Shown here: positions 14,747-23,574 of the stretch, piece after piece
How positions within the stretch are numbered: the first letter of the stretch is position 1
Layout: every line of letters starts with the position of its first letter
Assembly (NCBI GenBank): GCA_963666565.1
Contig: OY762911.1
Coordinates: 4,192,001 to 4,256,000, forward strand
DNA length: 64,000 bases
Direction: 5' to 3'
DNA from: Thermoanaerobaculia bacterium
GTDB taxonomy: Bacteria > Acidobacteriota > Thermoanaerobaculia > Multivoradales > Multivoraceae
Notes under the pieces: model-generated
Database searches by the model: none
What the model was told of the DNA's origin: nothing
The model's input: only the letters and a program-made list of their open reading frames with translations
Position numbers and translations under genes: made by a program

Positions 14747-15358
14747 TCAGGCCGGCGTCCGCTTCCTGGCTCGTTCGACGAGCTTCCGCAGTTCCGGCTT
14801 CAGGTCCAGCCCCGCCGCAGCCTCCCGCCCGGCGGCCGACATCTTCGGCCACGTCCTGACCAGGACCTCCACGGTCCGGTCCGGCCCCAGCCGGCCCGCC
14901 AGCGCCTCCAGGTCGTGCTCCAGGAACACCAGGCAGGCCGCGTCCTCCAGGGTCTGCGCCTCCGCAGGGGCGCTCCGCGCCGCCCGCTTCAGCACCAGGT
15001 TCTGCACCCGCTCCATCTTCTCTCGCCGGTAGCCGGCGTCGCGCAGCACCGCGCCCGCCAGCCGGGCGTGCTCGAGCGCCGCCGCCCGCCGCCAGGCGAG
15101 GTAACCCTTTCGCCCCTCGGGATAGTCCGTCCGCGGCATCTTGAAACGGCGCAGGTGCTGGCAATGCGCGGCGAGCATCAGGATCTCTCCGGCCTCCGGA
15201 TCGAGCCGCTCCACCCAGGCCGTCATCCGCCGCGAGTAAGCCAGTTCGCGCGGAACCTCCTCGCCGTTCAGCGTCGCCGTCGCCGGGTCCTCCCGGTGAA
15301 ACAGGTCGAACCCGGCCACCGCGTTCTGGAAACGCGGCATCAACTCGAAGCTCTTCAC
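14747..15358 (-). CDS. DUF4202 (HD-like) family protein
   Basis: ELAYSRRM, AAHCQHLRR..PRTDYPEGRKGYLAWR, QTLEDAACLVFL, TWPKMS. Confidence 0.85.
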   Translation of the reverse strand: MKSFELMPRFQNAVAGFDLFHREDPATATLNGEEVPRELAYSRRMTAWVERLDPEAGEILMLAAHCQHLRRFKMPRTDYPEGRKGYLAWRRAAALEHARLAGAVLRDAGYRREKMERVQNLVLKRAARSAPAEAQTLEDAACLVFLEHDLEALAGRLGPDRTVEVLVRTWPKMSAAGREAAAGLDLKPELRKLVERARKRTPA

Positions 15359-16297
15359 CTACTCGCCGGCCAGCTCGCGCTCGACCGTCAGCTTGTGCTC
15401 GGCGTTTCGCTGGAGTTCGGCCAGCCAGTCGACGAAGCCCCGCGGATCGACGAACGGGTGCGGGTCGCCCGAGGCCCGCGACGCCAACCGCTCCGCGCGC
15501 TCGAAGACCCGCCCCATCCCGGCGTGGTTCGTGACGTTGACCTCGATCGGATTGCCCTCCTCGCCGGCGAGCCGCCGGATGCGGGCGACGCTGTCCAGGT
15601 AGAGGTTCGTCCGGTGAACTCCCTCGAAGTTGAGGCCCACGCCGCCGAAGACGAACGCCCGGTGCTCCTCGCCGCCGTCCCGCACGGGAAACTCCATCGA
15701 GAGGACGCCCTCCGTGTGGCCCGGCGTGACGTAGAAGCGGATCTCCGTGTCGCCCAACTGCAGGGTGTCGCCGTCCGCGACGACCATGTCGCGGACCGCA
15801 ACGTCGATCTCGTACCGCGGGTCGCTCGGCGGCCGTTCGGCCAGCTCCCAGTCCGCTTCCGTCATGCCGACCCGCGCGCCGTAGGCCTCCTGAAACCGCG
15901 CCGCCCCGCCGACGTGGTCGAAGTGGCCGTGGGTCACCAGAACGTACTTCAGGTCGGAAGGATCGAAGCCCACGGCGCGGATGCCGTCGATCGCGTTGTC
16001 GATGAAGTCGCCGTACAGCGAGCCGATCAGGATCAGGCCGTCGGTCGTCACCAGGAGGTAGCTCGACACCCACTCGATGCCGACGTAGTAGAGGTTGTCG
16101 AAGATCCGGAAGGGCTCGACCCGCTGCGCCGCCGGGTCGTTCCGGAGCGCCCAGCCGTCGTCGGCGGCGTCCGCGGCGGCCGCGGCGCCGGCTTCGGGCG
16201 CGCCGTCGGGCGCCGGCCCCGAGCCATCGCCGCCGCAGGCCGCGGCGCCCAGGGCGATCAGGAGTGCGCTCGCGAGAGCCAGAAAGGAACGTGTCAT
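15359..16297 (-). CDS. Metallo-beta-lactamase fold lipoprotein (B3-like)
   Basis: Lipobox AAAC; PFRIFDNLYYVG, THGHFDHVGG, TPGHTEG. Confidence 0.88.
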   Translation of the reverse strand: MTRSFLALASALLIALGAAACGGDGSGPAPDGAPEAGAAAAADAADDGWALRNDPAAQRVEPFRIFDNLYYVGIEWVSSYLLVTTDGLILIGSLYGDFIDNAIDGIRAVGFDPSDLKYVLVTHGHFDHVGGAARFQEAYGARVGMTEADWELAERPPSDPRYEIDVAVRDMVVADGDTLQLGDTEIRFYVTPGHTEGVLSMEFPVRDGGEEHRAFVFGGVGLNFEGVHRTNLYLDSVARIRRLAGEEGNPIEVNVTNHAGMGRVFERAERLASRASGDPHPFVDPRGFVDWLAELQRNAEHKLTVERELAGE

Positions 16298-16370
16298 CGC
16301 TAGTCTCCGCCGGGAATTCGCACCGGCAAACTACCACGGGCGCCGGGAGGGGCGGCGCCGTCCCCGGGGG

Positions 16371-17072
16371 CTACCAGCTCTCGCCGTACGGCCTGAGTTC
16401 CACGTCGAAGCTCCAGGCCGACGGGTCCTGGTGCGCCACTTGCCAGACGTTCTCGGCGATCGCATCCGGCCTGATGAAGAAGTCGTCCGGCTTGTCGGGC
16501 ATCCGCTGCCGCGTCCACTCCAGGTCGATCACCGCGTCGATGACGAAGTACGCGACGTGAACGCCCTGCGGCCCCAGGCTCCGCGCCATCGACTCGGCCA
16601 GAATGCGCTGCCCGGCCTTCGTCGGCGCGAACCCGGCGAAGCGCGGCATGCCGCGGCGGGCGGAAGTGTTGCCGGTGACCATGATCGCGCCCCGCCCGGC
16701 CTCGATCATCGCCGGCGCCAGCGCGCGGGCCAGATACAGGAGGCCCATCACGTTGACCTCGAAGTTGGCGCGCAGGCGCTCCGGCTCGATCTCCGGGAAG
16801 TCCCCGAAGGCGCCGCCGACAGCGTTGTGGACGAGCGCCGTCGGCGCGCCGAGGTCGCCGCGGACCCGAGCCGCCGTCGCCCGCACCGCATCCCCGTCGG
16901 ACACGTCGCAGACGTAGCCGCGCGAGCCCTCGATCTCCGCTTCGAGCGCCCGCAGCCGGTCCTCGCTTCGGGCCAGCATCGCCACCCGGTAGCCGCCCGA
17001 GGCGAACCGCCGGGCGAGCGCCGTTCCGGTGCCGGGGCCGACGCCGGAGATCAGGCAGACGGGATCGCTCAC
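16371..17072 (-). CDS. SDR family oxidoreductase
   Basis: GVGPGTG, HNAVGG, TGNTSARRG, FAPTKA. Confidence 0.9.
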   Translation of the reverse strand: MSDPVCLISGVGPGTGTALARRFASGGYRVAMLARSEDRLRALEAEIEGSRGYVCDVSDGDAVRATAARVRGDLGAPTALVHNAVGGAFGDFPEIEPERLRANFEVNVMGLLYLARALAPAMIEAGRGAIMVTGNTSARRGMPRFAGFAPTKAGQRILAESMARSLGPQGVHVAYFVIDAVIDLEWTRQRMPDKPDDFFIRPDAIAENVWQVAHQDPSAWSFDVELRPYGESW

Positions 17073-17183
17073 GGGGCGCGGACTCTACCGGAACCGGCTC
17101 TCTGCCGCGGCCGGCGGCGAGACATATAGCCGTTCCTGTATGCTTTCCGCGCCCGCTCCACCGCCGTCTTCCCGGAGGCCACG

Positions 17184-17792
17184 ATGACCAGACGCCGCTT
17201 CAGGCTGCCCCGCTTCCTGCTCCCGGCGGCATCCGCCGCCCTGCTGTTCACGACGTTCGCGGCGACGCCGCCCGCGGCCGCCGAACGCGAGATCTACGCC
17301 GGCTTCCATCTCGGCCGGTCGGACGTGGCGGTGAACGCCGGCGATGCCCTGGACCAGGTCCTCGACGGCGACGGCAACTCCACCATCTTCGAAGTCGGCT
17401 TCAAGTTCAGCGACTACTTCGCCGTGGAGGCCGCGTACCACGACCTGTCCGACGTCGACGGCGCCGTCCGCCCCTGCGCGGAGGGCGTGGCGTGCTCCGA
17501 CATTCCGATACGCGGCACGATCGACGCCGTGTCGGCGGCGATCGTGCCGCGGTACCCGATCACCGGCCGCATCTCCGTCTTCGCCAAGGTCGGCATCGTG
17601 TCCTGGGGCGCCAACATGGAGGACGCCCTCGACGACTTCGACGTCGCCCTCGACGACCTCGACAAGGAAGACCTGGTGTACGGCATCGGCGCCCAGTTCC
17701 AGTTCCTCGGCCGGCTCAGCCTGGTCGGCCGCTTCGAGTCCATCGGCGGCGACATCGAGACCGTCTCCGTCGGCGCCCGCATCGGCTTCTAG
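17184..17792 (+). CDS. Outer-membrane beta-barrel protein (OmpA-like TM domain)
   Basis: GGAGG SD, signal peptide, amphipathic strands, C-terminal Phe. Confidence 0.85.
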   Translation: MTRRRFRLPRFLLPAASAALLFTTFAATPPAAAEREIYAGFHLGRSDVAVNAGDALDQVLDGDGNSTIFEVGFKFSDYFAVEAAYHDLSDVDGAVRPCAEGVACSDIPIRGTIDAVSAAIVPRYPITGRISVFAKVGIVSWGANMEDALDDFDVALDDLDKEDLVYGIGAQFQFLGRLSLVGRFESIGGDIETVSVGARIGF

Positions 17793-17812
17793 GGGCCGCC
17801 TGCCGGTGCGCA

Positions 17813-17954
17813 CTGGGTGCGCGGGTCTTCCGACCCGCCCCCGGGCGGAGCCGCGAAACGGCGCAGCCCGGCCACCCAGGTCGCTGGCCAAAGGCCGGCG
17901 ACGCCACTCCCGCCGCCTCCGGCGGCAAGCGGGTCGGAAGACCCGCGCACGCAG
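17813..17954. mobile_element. Family A REPIN/MITE-like element (two inverted REP hairpins)
   Basis: Hairpins at 17821-17838 and 17929-17946 in inverted orientation; interior is homologous to the reverse complement of 61943-62090. Confidence 0.8.
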
Positions 17955-17973
17955 CGGTGCTACCGTCACGAAT

Positions 17974-19113
17974 ATGACGGACATCACGCCCTACCGCATC
18001 GAGATCGACGAAGAGCAACTGACCGACCTCCGCCGCCGGCTGGCCGCCACCCGCTGGCCCGAGCGCGAGACGGTCGACGACTGGACCCAGGGGATCCCCC
18101 TCGCCTACACGAAGGAGGTCTGCGAGTACTGGCGGACCTCCTACGACTGGCGCCGCCTGGAGAGCCGCCTGAACGACCTCGACCAGTTCACCACCGAAGT
18201 CGACGGCGTCGGCATCCACTTCCTCCACCTGCGCTCGAAGCACCGGGGGGCCGCGCCGCTGGTCATGACCCACGGCTGGCCGGGCTCGATCGTCGAGTTC
18301 CTCGAGGTGCTCGACCCGCTGCTCGATCCGACCGCCCACGGCGGCTCGGAGGAGGATGCCTTCCACCTGGTCGTCCCGGCCCTGCCGGGCTTCGGCTTCT
18401 CCGGCAAGCCCGCCGAGGCCGGCTGGAGCGTCGAGAAGATCGCCGAGGCCTGGGCCGAGCTCATGTCGCGGCTCGGCTACGAGTGGTACTTCGCCCAGGG
18501 CGGCGACTGGGGCGCCGCGGTCAGCACCGCCATCGCCATCCAGGACCACGAGCACTGCCACGGCATCCACCTGAACATGCCGACCTCGGGCGTGGACCGC
18601 AGCACGATGGACGACCTGACGGACATCGAGAAGGACGCCCTCGCCGGTCTCCAGCACTACCAGGACTGGGACTCCGGCTACTCCAAGCAGCAGTCGACCC
18701 GGCCCCAGACCCTCGGCTACGGCCTGGTCGACTCGCCGGCCGGGCAGGCCGCCTGGATCGTCGAGAAGTTCTGGTCCTGGATGGACTGCGACGGCCACCC
18801 GGAGAACGTGCTCACCCGCGACCGGTTGCTCGACAACGTGATGATGTACTGGCTGCCCGCCTGCGGCGCCTCCTCCGGCCGGCTCTACTGGGAGAGCTTC
18901 GGCAAGGGCGGCGGCGACCCGGTCGAGATACCCGTCGGTTGCAGCATCTTCCCCAAGGAGATCTTCCGCTCCTCCCGGCGCTGGGCTGAGCGGCGCTACC
19001 GGCAGCTCGTTTACTGGAACCGGCTCGACAAGGGCGGTCACTTCGCCGCCTTCGAGGTGCCGGACGTCTTCGTCGACGAGCTGCGGAAGTGCTTCAGCGC
19101 GATGCGAGCGTAG
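17974..19113 (+). CDS. Microsomal-type epoxide hydrolase (EHN domain)
   Basis: DLRRRLAATRWP, THGWPGSIVEF, AQGGDWG, GGHFAAFEVP. Confidence 0.92.
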   Translation: MTDITPYRIEIDEEQLTDLRRRLAATRWPERETVDDWTQGIPLAYTKEVCEYWRTSYDWRRLESRLNDLDQFTTEVDGVGIHFLHLRSKHRGAAPLVMTHGWPGSIVEFLEVLDPLLDPTAHGGSEEDAFHLVVPALPGFGFSGKPAEAGWSVEKIAEAWAELMSRLGYEWYFAQGGDWGAAVSTAIAIQDHEHCHGIHLNMPTSGVDRSTMDDLTDIEKDALAGLQHYQDWDSGYSKQQSTRPQTLGYGLVDSPAGQAAWIVEKFWSWMDCDGHPENVLTRDRLLDNVMMYWLPACGASSGRLYWESFGKGGGDPVEIPVGCSIFPKEIFRSSRRWAERRYRQLVYWNRLDKGGHFAAFEVPDVFVDELRKCFSAMRA

Positions 19114-21533
19114 GCAGGCGTCGTCGACGGCAGCAGGGACTCGCCGCCCTGGCGCTCGCCGCGCTCGCCGCCGTCGCCTTCTACCCCGCCCTCGAGGCCG
19201 GATTCGTCTGGGACGACACGATCTTCGCGGAGGAGCCCGTGGTCCAGCGGGCCTCGGGCCTGCGCGACATCTGGTTCTCTCCCGCCGCGATCCGGGGAGA
19301 GGCGCACTACTGGCCGCTCACCTACACGACCTTCTGGCTGGAACACCGGCTCTGGGGTCTCGCTCCCTTCGGCTATCACCTCGTCAACCTGCTGCTGTAC
19401 GTCGGCAACGTCCTGCTCCTGTGGCGGCTCTGCCTGCGCCTCTCGCTGCCCGGCGCCTGGGCGGCGACCGCGATCTGGGCCGTTCATCCGCTGCACGTCG
19501 AGTCGGTGGCCTGGGTCATCGAGCGCAAGGACGTGCTGTCGGGCCTGTGCTTCCTCGGCGCGGCCCTGGCCTACGTGCGCTTCCGCGAGACGAAGAAGCC
19601 GGGTCCCTACGGCCTGAGTCTCGCGCTCTACGCGCTCGGCCTCCTGGCGAAGTCGGCGATCGTCCCGCTGCCGGCCGCGATGCTGGTCTGGCACTGGCTT
19701 GAGCGCGGCCGGCTGCGGGCGCGGGACTTTCTGCGGACCGCGCCGTTCTTCGCCGCCGGCCTCCTCATCTCGCTCGGCGACATGGCCTTCTACCGCGGGC
19801 GGGAGGCCGCCGCGGTCCTGGACCACTCGCTGCCGGAACGGGCGCTGATCGCGGCCCGCGCCCTGTGGTTCTACGCGGGCAAGCTGGTCTGGCCGGCCGA
19901 CCTGGCGGTCATCTATCCGCGCTGGGACGTCCGGGTCGGCGATCCTCTGGCCTGGGCCTGGCTCGCGGCCGCCGCGCTGCTGGCGGCCGGGCTCTGGGTC
20001 GGACGCCGCCGGTTCGGACGCGGTCCTCTGGCGGGCGTCCTGTTCTTCGCGCTCATGGTCTCGCCGGCCCTGGGCTTCCTGGACTTCGGCTACATGAAGT
20101 TCTCATTCGTCGCCGACCGGTTCCAGTACCTCGCCGGCTTCGGCCCGATCGCCGTCGTCGTCGCCGCGGCCGCCGCCGGCGCGCGGCGGCTGCCGCGGGC
20201 GTACGGGTTCGCCGCTCCCGCCGTCCTGGCGACGACGCTTGCGCTGCTCGGGACGGCCACCTGGCGGCAGGCCGGCCTCTGGCGCGACGGCGTCACCCTG
20301 TTCAGCCACGTCGTCGCCCTGAACCCCGAGGCCCGCGGCGCCCACTTCAACCTGGCCAAGGCCCTCCGCGAGGAGGGCCGCCACGAAGAGAGTCTCGCGG
20401 CGAGCCGGATCTCGGTCGAGCGCTTCCCCGACGAGGCCGAGGCGTTCACCGGCCTCGGCCTCGTCCTGCTCGAGCTGAACCGCTTCGACGAGGCCGAAGC
20501 CAGCTTCGCCAGCGCCCTGGAGCTCGATCCCCGCCACCTGAACACGCACCAGAACCTGGCCGACGCGCTGCGCCGGCAGGGACGGCACGAGGAAGCGGCC
20601 GCCCGGTTCCGGGCCGTCCTCGACCTCGACGAGGGCTTCCCGCTCGCCTGGGCCGGCCTCGGCAGTTCCCTGTTCGACGCCGGTCGGCACGAGGAGGCGA
20701 TCGACGCGCTCCGCCGCGCCCTGGACCTCGCGCCGTCGTCGCCCAACGCGGCCGGACTCCACCTCCTGCTGGGGCGGGCGCGGCTCGAGACGGGCCGGAT
20801 CGAGGCGGCCGAGCGGAGCCTGCTGGAAGCCGCGCGGCTCGCGCCCGGCGCCGCGATGCCGTTGCGGGAACTCGCGAAGGTCTACTTCCAGCTCGAACGC
20901 TCCGCCGAGGCGGAGGAGGTCCTGGCGCGCGCGGCGGAACTTGAACCTCCGGATCCGACCGAGCGCCACGCACGGGCCGAAGCGCTGCGGGCGCAGGGCC
21001 GTCTCGACGCGGCGCTCGCGGTCTACCGCGAGGCCCTGGAGACGGCGCCCGAATTCGCGCCGTCGTTGGCCGGCCTGGGCGCCGCGCTGTTCCAGCTCGA
21101 CCGGCACGAAGAGGCAGTCGAAGCGCTCGACCGCGCGCTGGCCCTCGATCCCGACCTGCCCGCGGCGGCGGCGCTGCACCGGCTTGCCGGCCTGGCGCTC
21201 ATGGAACTCGGCCGGCCGGCGGAAGCGGCGGCCCGGTTCGAGCGCTGCGTGGAACTCGATCCCCGAGACGCGGAGGCGCTCGACCGCCTCGCCTTCCTGC
21301 GCTTCCAGCAGGAGCGCTTCGAAGACGCGGTCGACCTCTACCGCCGGATGCTCGCGACCGACCCCGACGAAGCGCGAACGCACTTCAACCTCGGCATCGC
21401 CCTGCTCCTGCTCGACCGCCACGAAGAAGCGGCGGCGAGCCTGGAGCGGTCCCTCGCTCTCGCTCCAGACCAGCCGACCGCCCGCGACGCCCTCGCGGAC
21501 GCGCGCCGCCGGGCCGGCGCCGGGCAGAGGTAG
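19089..21533 (+). CDS. TMTC-like (GT-C) multi-TM glycosyltransferase with a C-terminal TPR array; start uncertain
   Basis: GFVWDD, YWPLTY, GYHLVNLLL, AVHPLHVESVAWVIERKDVL, ADRFQYL, followed by about 10 TPRs. Confidence 0.85.
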   Translation: MLQRDASVGRRRRRQQGLAALALAALAAVAFYPALEAGFVWDDTIFAEEPVVQRASGLRDIWFSPAAIRGEAHYWPLTYTTFWLEHRLWGLAPFGYHLVNLLLYVGNVLLLWRLCLRLSLPGAWAATAIWAVHPLHVESVAWVIERKDVLSGLCFLGAALAYVRFRETKKPGPYGLSLALYALGLLAKSAIVPLPAAMLVWHWLERGRLRARDFLRTAPFFAAGLLISLGDMAFYRGREAAAVLDHSLPERALIAARALWFYAGKLVWPADLAVIYPRWDVRVGDPLAWAWLAAAALLAAGLWVGRRRFGRGPLAGVLFFALMVSPALGFLDFGYMKFSFVADRFQYLAGFGPIAVVVAAAAAGARRLPRAYGFAAPAVLATTLALLGTATWRQAGLWRDGVTLFSHVVALNPEARGAHFNLAKALREEGRHEESLAASRISVERFPDEAEAFTGLGLVLLELNRFDEAEASFASALELDPRHLNTHQNLADALRRQGRHEEAAARFRAVLDLDEGFPLAWAGLGSSLFDAGRHEEAIDALRRALDLAPSSPNAAGLHLLLGRARLETGRIEAAERSLLEAARLAPGAAMPLRELAKVYFQLERSAEAEEVLARAAELEPPDPTERHARAEALRAQGRLDAALAVYREALETAPEFAPSLAGLGAALFQLDRHEEAVEALDRALALDPDLPAAAALHRLAGLALMELGRPAEAAARFERCVELDPRDAEALDRLAFLRFQQERFEDAVDLYRRMLATDPDEARTHFNLGIALLLLDRHEEAAASLERSLALAPDQPTARDALADARRRAGAGQR

Positions 21534-21589
21534 ACGCGCTTGAGCCGTCGTCGACTCGCCGCCTCCGCGGTGTGCGCTACACTCCGAAT

Positions 21590-21862
21590 GTGACCACCAC
21601 GACCTTCGATTCGCTGGCGACTGCCCGTGCACTGGAACGGGTCGGCATGGATCCGGCTCACGCGGAGGCCGTGACGGAAGCGATCAGCGGAGCGAGAAAC
21701 AGCGCCGACATGGTGACGCGGGCCGATCTGGAACCGCTGGCGACCAAAGTTGCCTTGGCCGAACTGGAAACGCGAATGACCCGAACCCTCTACGGCGTCG
21801 CGGCGGCACTGCTCGCCGGCCAGTTGGCCGCGGTCCCGGCCATCCTCAGACTGCTCGGCTGA
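21590..21862 (+). CDS. DUF1640/CCDC90-like small coiled-coil membrane-anchored protein (90 aa)
   Basis: FDSLATARALERVGMDPAHAEAV...MVTRADL, C-terminal TM helix. Confidence 0.8.
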   Translation: MTTTTFDSLATARALERVGMDPAHAEAVTEAISGARNSADMVTRADLEPLATKVALAELETRMTRTLYGVAAALLAGQLAAVPAILRLLG

Positions 21863-21884
21863 CGATCCGCTCCGGTCGCCAGCT

Positions 21885-23570
21885 TCAGCCTTCGTCGACG
21901 CTGGCGAGGAACCGCGGCGGCCGGCGGTGCGGCGCGGCCTGCTCGAAAGCCCAGGCGATGCGGATGAGCGTCGGTTCGCTCCAGGCGGCGCCGAAGAAGG
22001 AGACGCCCACCGGAAGGCCGTGGACGTACCCGGCCGGGACCGTGACGTTCGGGTAGCCGGCAACCGCCGCCGGGCGGGAGCTGCCGACCGAGAAGCCGTC
22101 GCCGTGGACCGGGTCGGTCACCCAGGCGGGGCCGCCGCTCGGACCGAGGATGGCGTCGAGGGCGTGCTCCGCGAGCGTCGCGTCGAGGCCCTCGTCGCGG
22201 GACAGGCGGTTCGCCGTGTCGCGCGCCGTGCGGTAGGCGGCCTCGGTCAACGGTCCCCTGGCCTCCGCCTCGATCAGGATCTCCTGGCCGAAGAACGGCA
22301 TTTCCTCGGCGGCGCGCGCCTCGTTGAAGGCGATCACGTCGGCCAGCGTCTTCACCGGAGCGTCGTCCCCCATTGCGGCCAGGTACTCGTTCAGGCCGGC
22401 CTTGAACTCGTAGAGCATCGCCTCGAACTCGTGCCGACCCACCTCCTGGAGATGGGCGATGTCCACCGGGTCGACCATCTCGGCGCCCAGGCTCCGGAGG
22501 GTCTCGATCGCCTCCTCCATCACCGCGTCGACGCGGCCGTCTCGGTCGAAGAACTGACGGTCGACGCCGATCCGCAAGCCGCTCAGGTCGGCCGCGCCGG
22601 ACTCGCCGCCCAAGTGGCGCGTCAGGTCGGTTGGAACCGGCGAGGCCGCGGTCGCTTCGTCCAGCGGGTCGGCGCCCGTCATGCCGCTGAGCAACGCGGC
22701 GGCGTCCGCGACCGTACGCGCCATCGGGCCGGCGGTGTCCTGTACCGAGGAGATCGGAACGATGCCGCTGCGGCTCACCAGGCCGACCGTCGGCTTGATC
22801 CCGACCAGGCCGTTCGCCGACGACGGGCAGATGATCGAGCCGTCCGTCTCCGTGCCGACCGCGGCGGCGCAGAGGTTCGCGGACGTGGCGACGCCCGAAC
22901 CGGAGCTTGAACCGCAGGGATTGCGGCTCAAGACGTACGGGTTGCGGCACTGGCCGCCGCGCGCGCTCCAGCCCGAACTCGAACGCCGGGACCGGAAGTT
23001 CGCCCACTCGCTCAGGTTCGCCTTGCCCAGCAGCACCGCCCCTGCCTGCCGAAGCCGGGCGGCGACGAAGGCGTCCCGCTCCGGGATCGAACCCTCGAGC
23101 GCCAGCGAGCCGGCGGTCGTCGTGTTGCGGTCGGCGGTCGCCATGTTGTCCTTGAGCAGGATCGGAACGCCGTGGAGCGGACCGCGCACGTTGCCCGCGG
23201 CCCGCTCCCGGTCGAGTTCCTCCGCGATCTCCAGGGCGTCCGGGTTCGTCTCGATGACGGAACGCAGCGTCGGCCCCTGCCGGTCGAGCGCCTCGAGGCG
23301 GCCGAGGTAGAGCTCGGTGATCCCGGCGCTCGTCCGCTCGCCCTCCGCCATCTGTCGGCCGAGTTCGGCGATCGTCGCCTCTTCGAGCTCGAAGCCGCCC
23401 ACCGCCGTCTGCTGGGTGCGCGGGTCTTCTGACCCGCTCGCTTCCGCCCCGGGCGGCTCGTCCCCGTCGCGGCCGGACGGAGCGCATGCCGAGCCCGCCA
23501 CGGCCGTCGCGCCCAACGCCCCAGCCGCGGCCATCACCTGCCTCCGCGTAGCTCCTTCCTTCTCGCTCAT
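21885..23570 (-). CDS. Amidase signature family protein with Tat-type signal
   Basis: TRRQVM; GPLHGVPILLKDN, GSSSGS, GTETDGSIICPS. Confidence 0.93.
   Translation of the reverse strand: MSEKEGATRRQVMAAAGALGATAVAGSACAPSGRDGDEPPGAEASGSEDPRTQQTAVGGFELEEATIAELGRQMAEGERTSAGITELYLGRLEALDRQGPTLRSVIETNPDALEIAEELDRERAAGNVRGPLHGVPILLKDNMATADRNTTTAGSLALEGSIPERDAFVAARLRQAGAVLLGKANLSEWANFRSRRSSSGWSARGGQCRNPYVLSRNPCGSSSGSGVATSANLCAAAVGTETDGSIICPSSANGLVGIKPTVGLVSRSGIVPISSVQDTAGPMARTVADAAALLSGMTGADPLDEATAASPVPTDLTRHLGGESGAADLSGLRIGVDRQFFDRDGRVDAVMEEAIETLRSLGAEMVDPVDIAHLQEVGRHEFEAMLYEFKAGLNEYLAAMGDDAPVKTLADVIAFNEARAAEEMPFFGQEILIEAEARGPLTEAAYRTARDTANRLSRDEGLDATLAEHALDAILGPSGGPAWVTDPVHGDGFSVGSSRPAAVAGYPNVTVPAGYVHGLPVGVSFFGAAWSEPTLIRIAWAFEQAAPHRRPPRFLASVDEG
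23412..23437 (-). repeat. Family A hairpin inside the amidase CDS
   Basis: ctgggtgc-gcgggtc-ttct-gacccgc encodes part of SGSEDPRTQ in the amidase frame. Confidence 0.85.
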
Positions 23571-23574
23571 GCCG

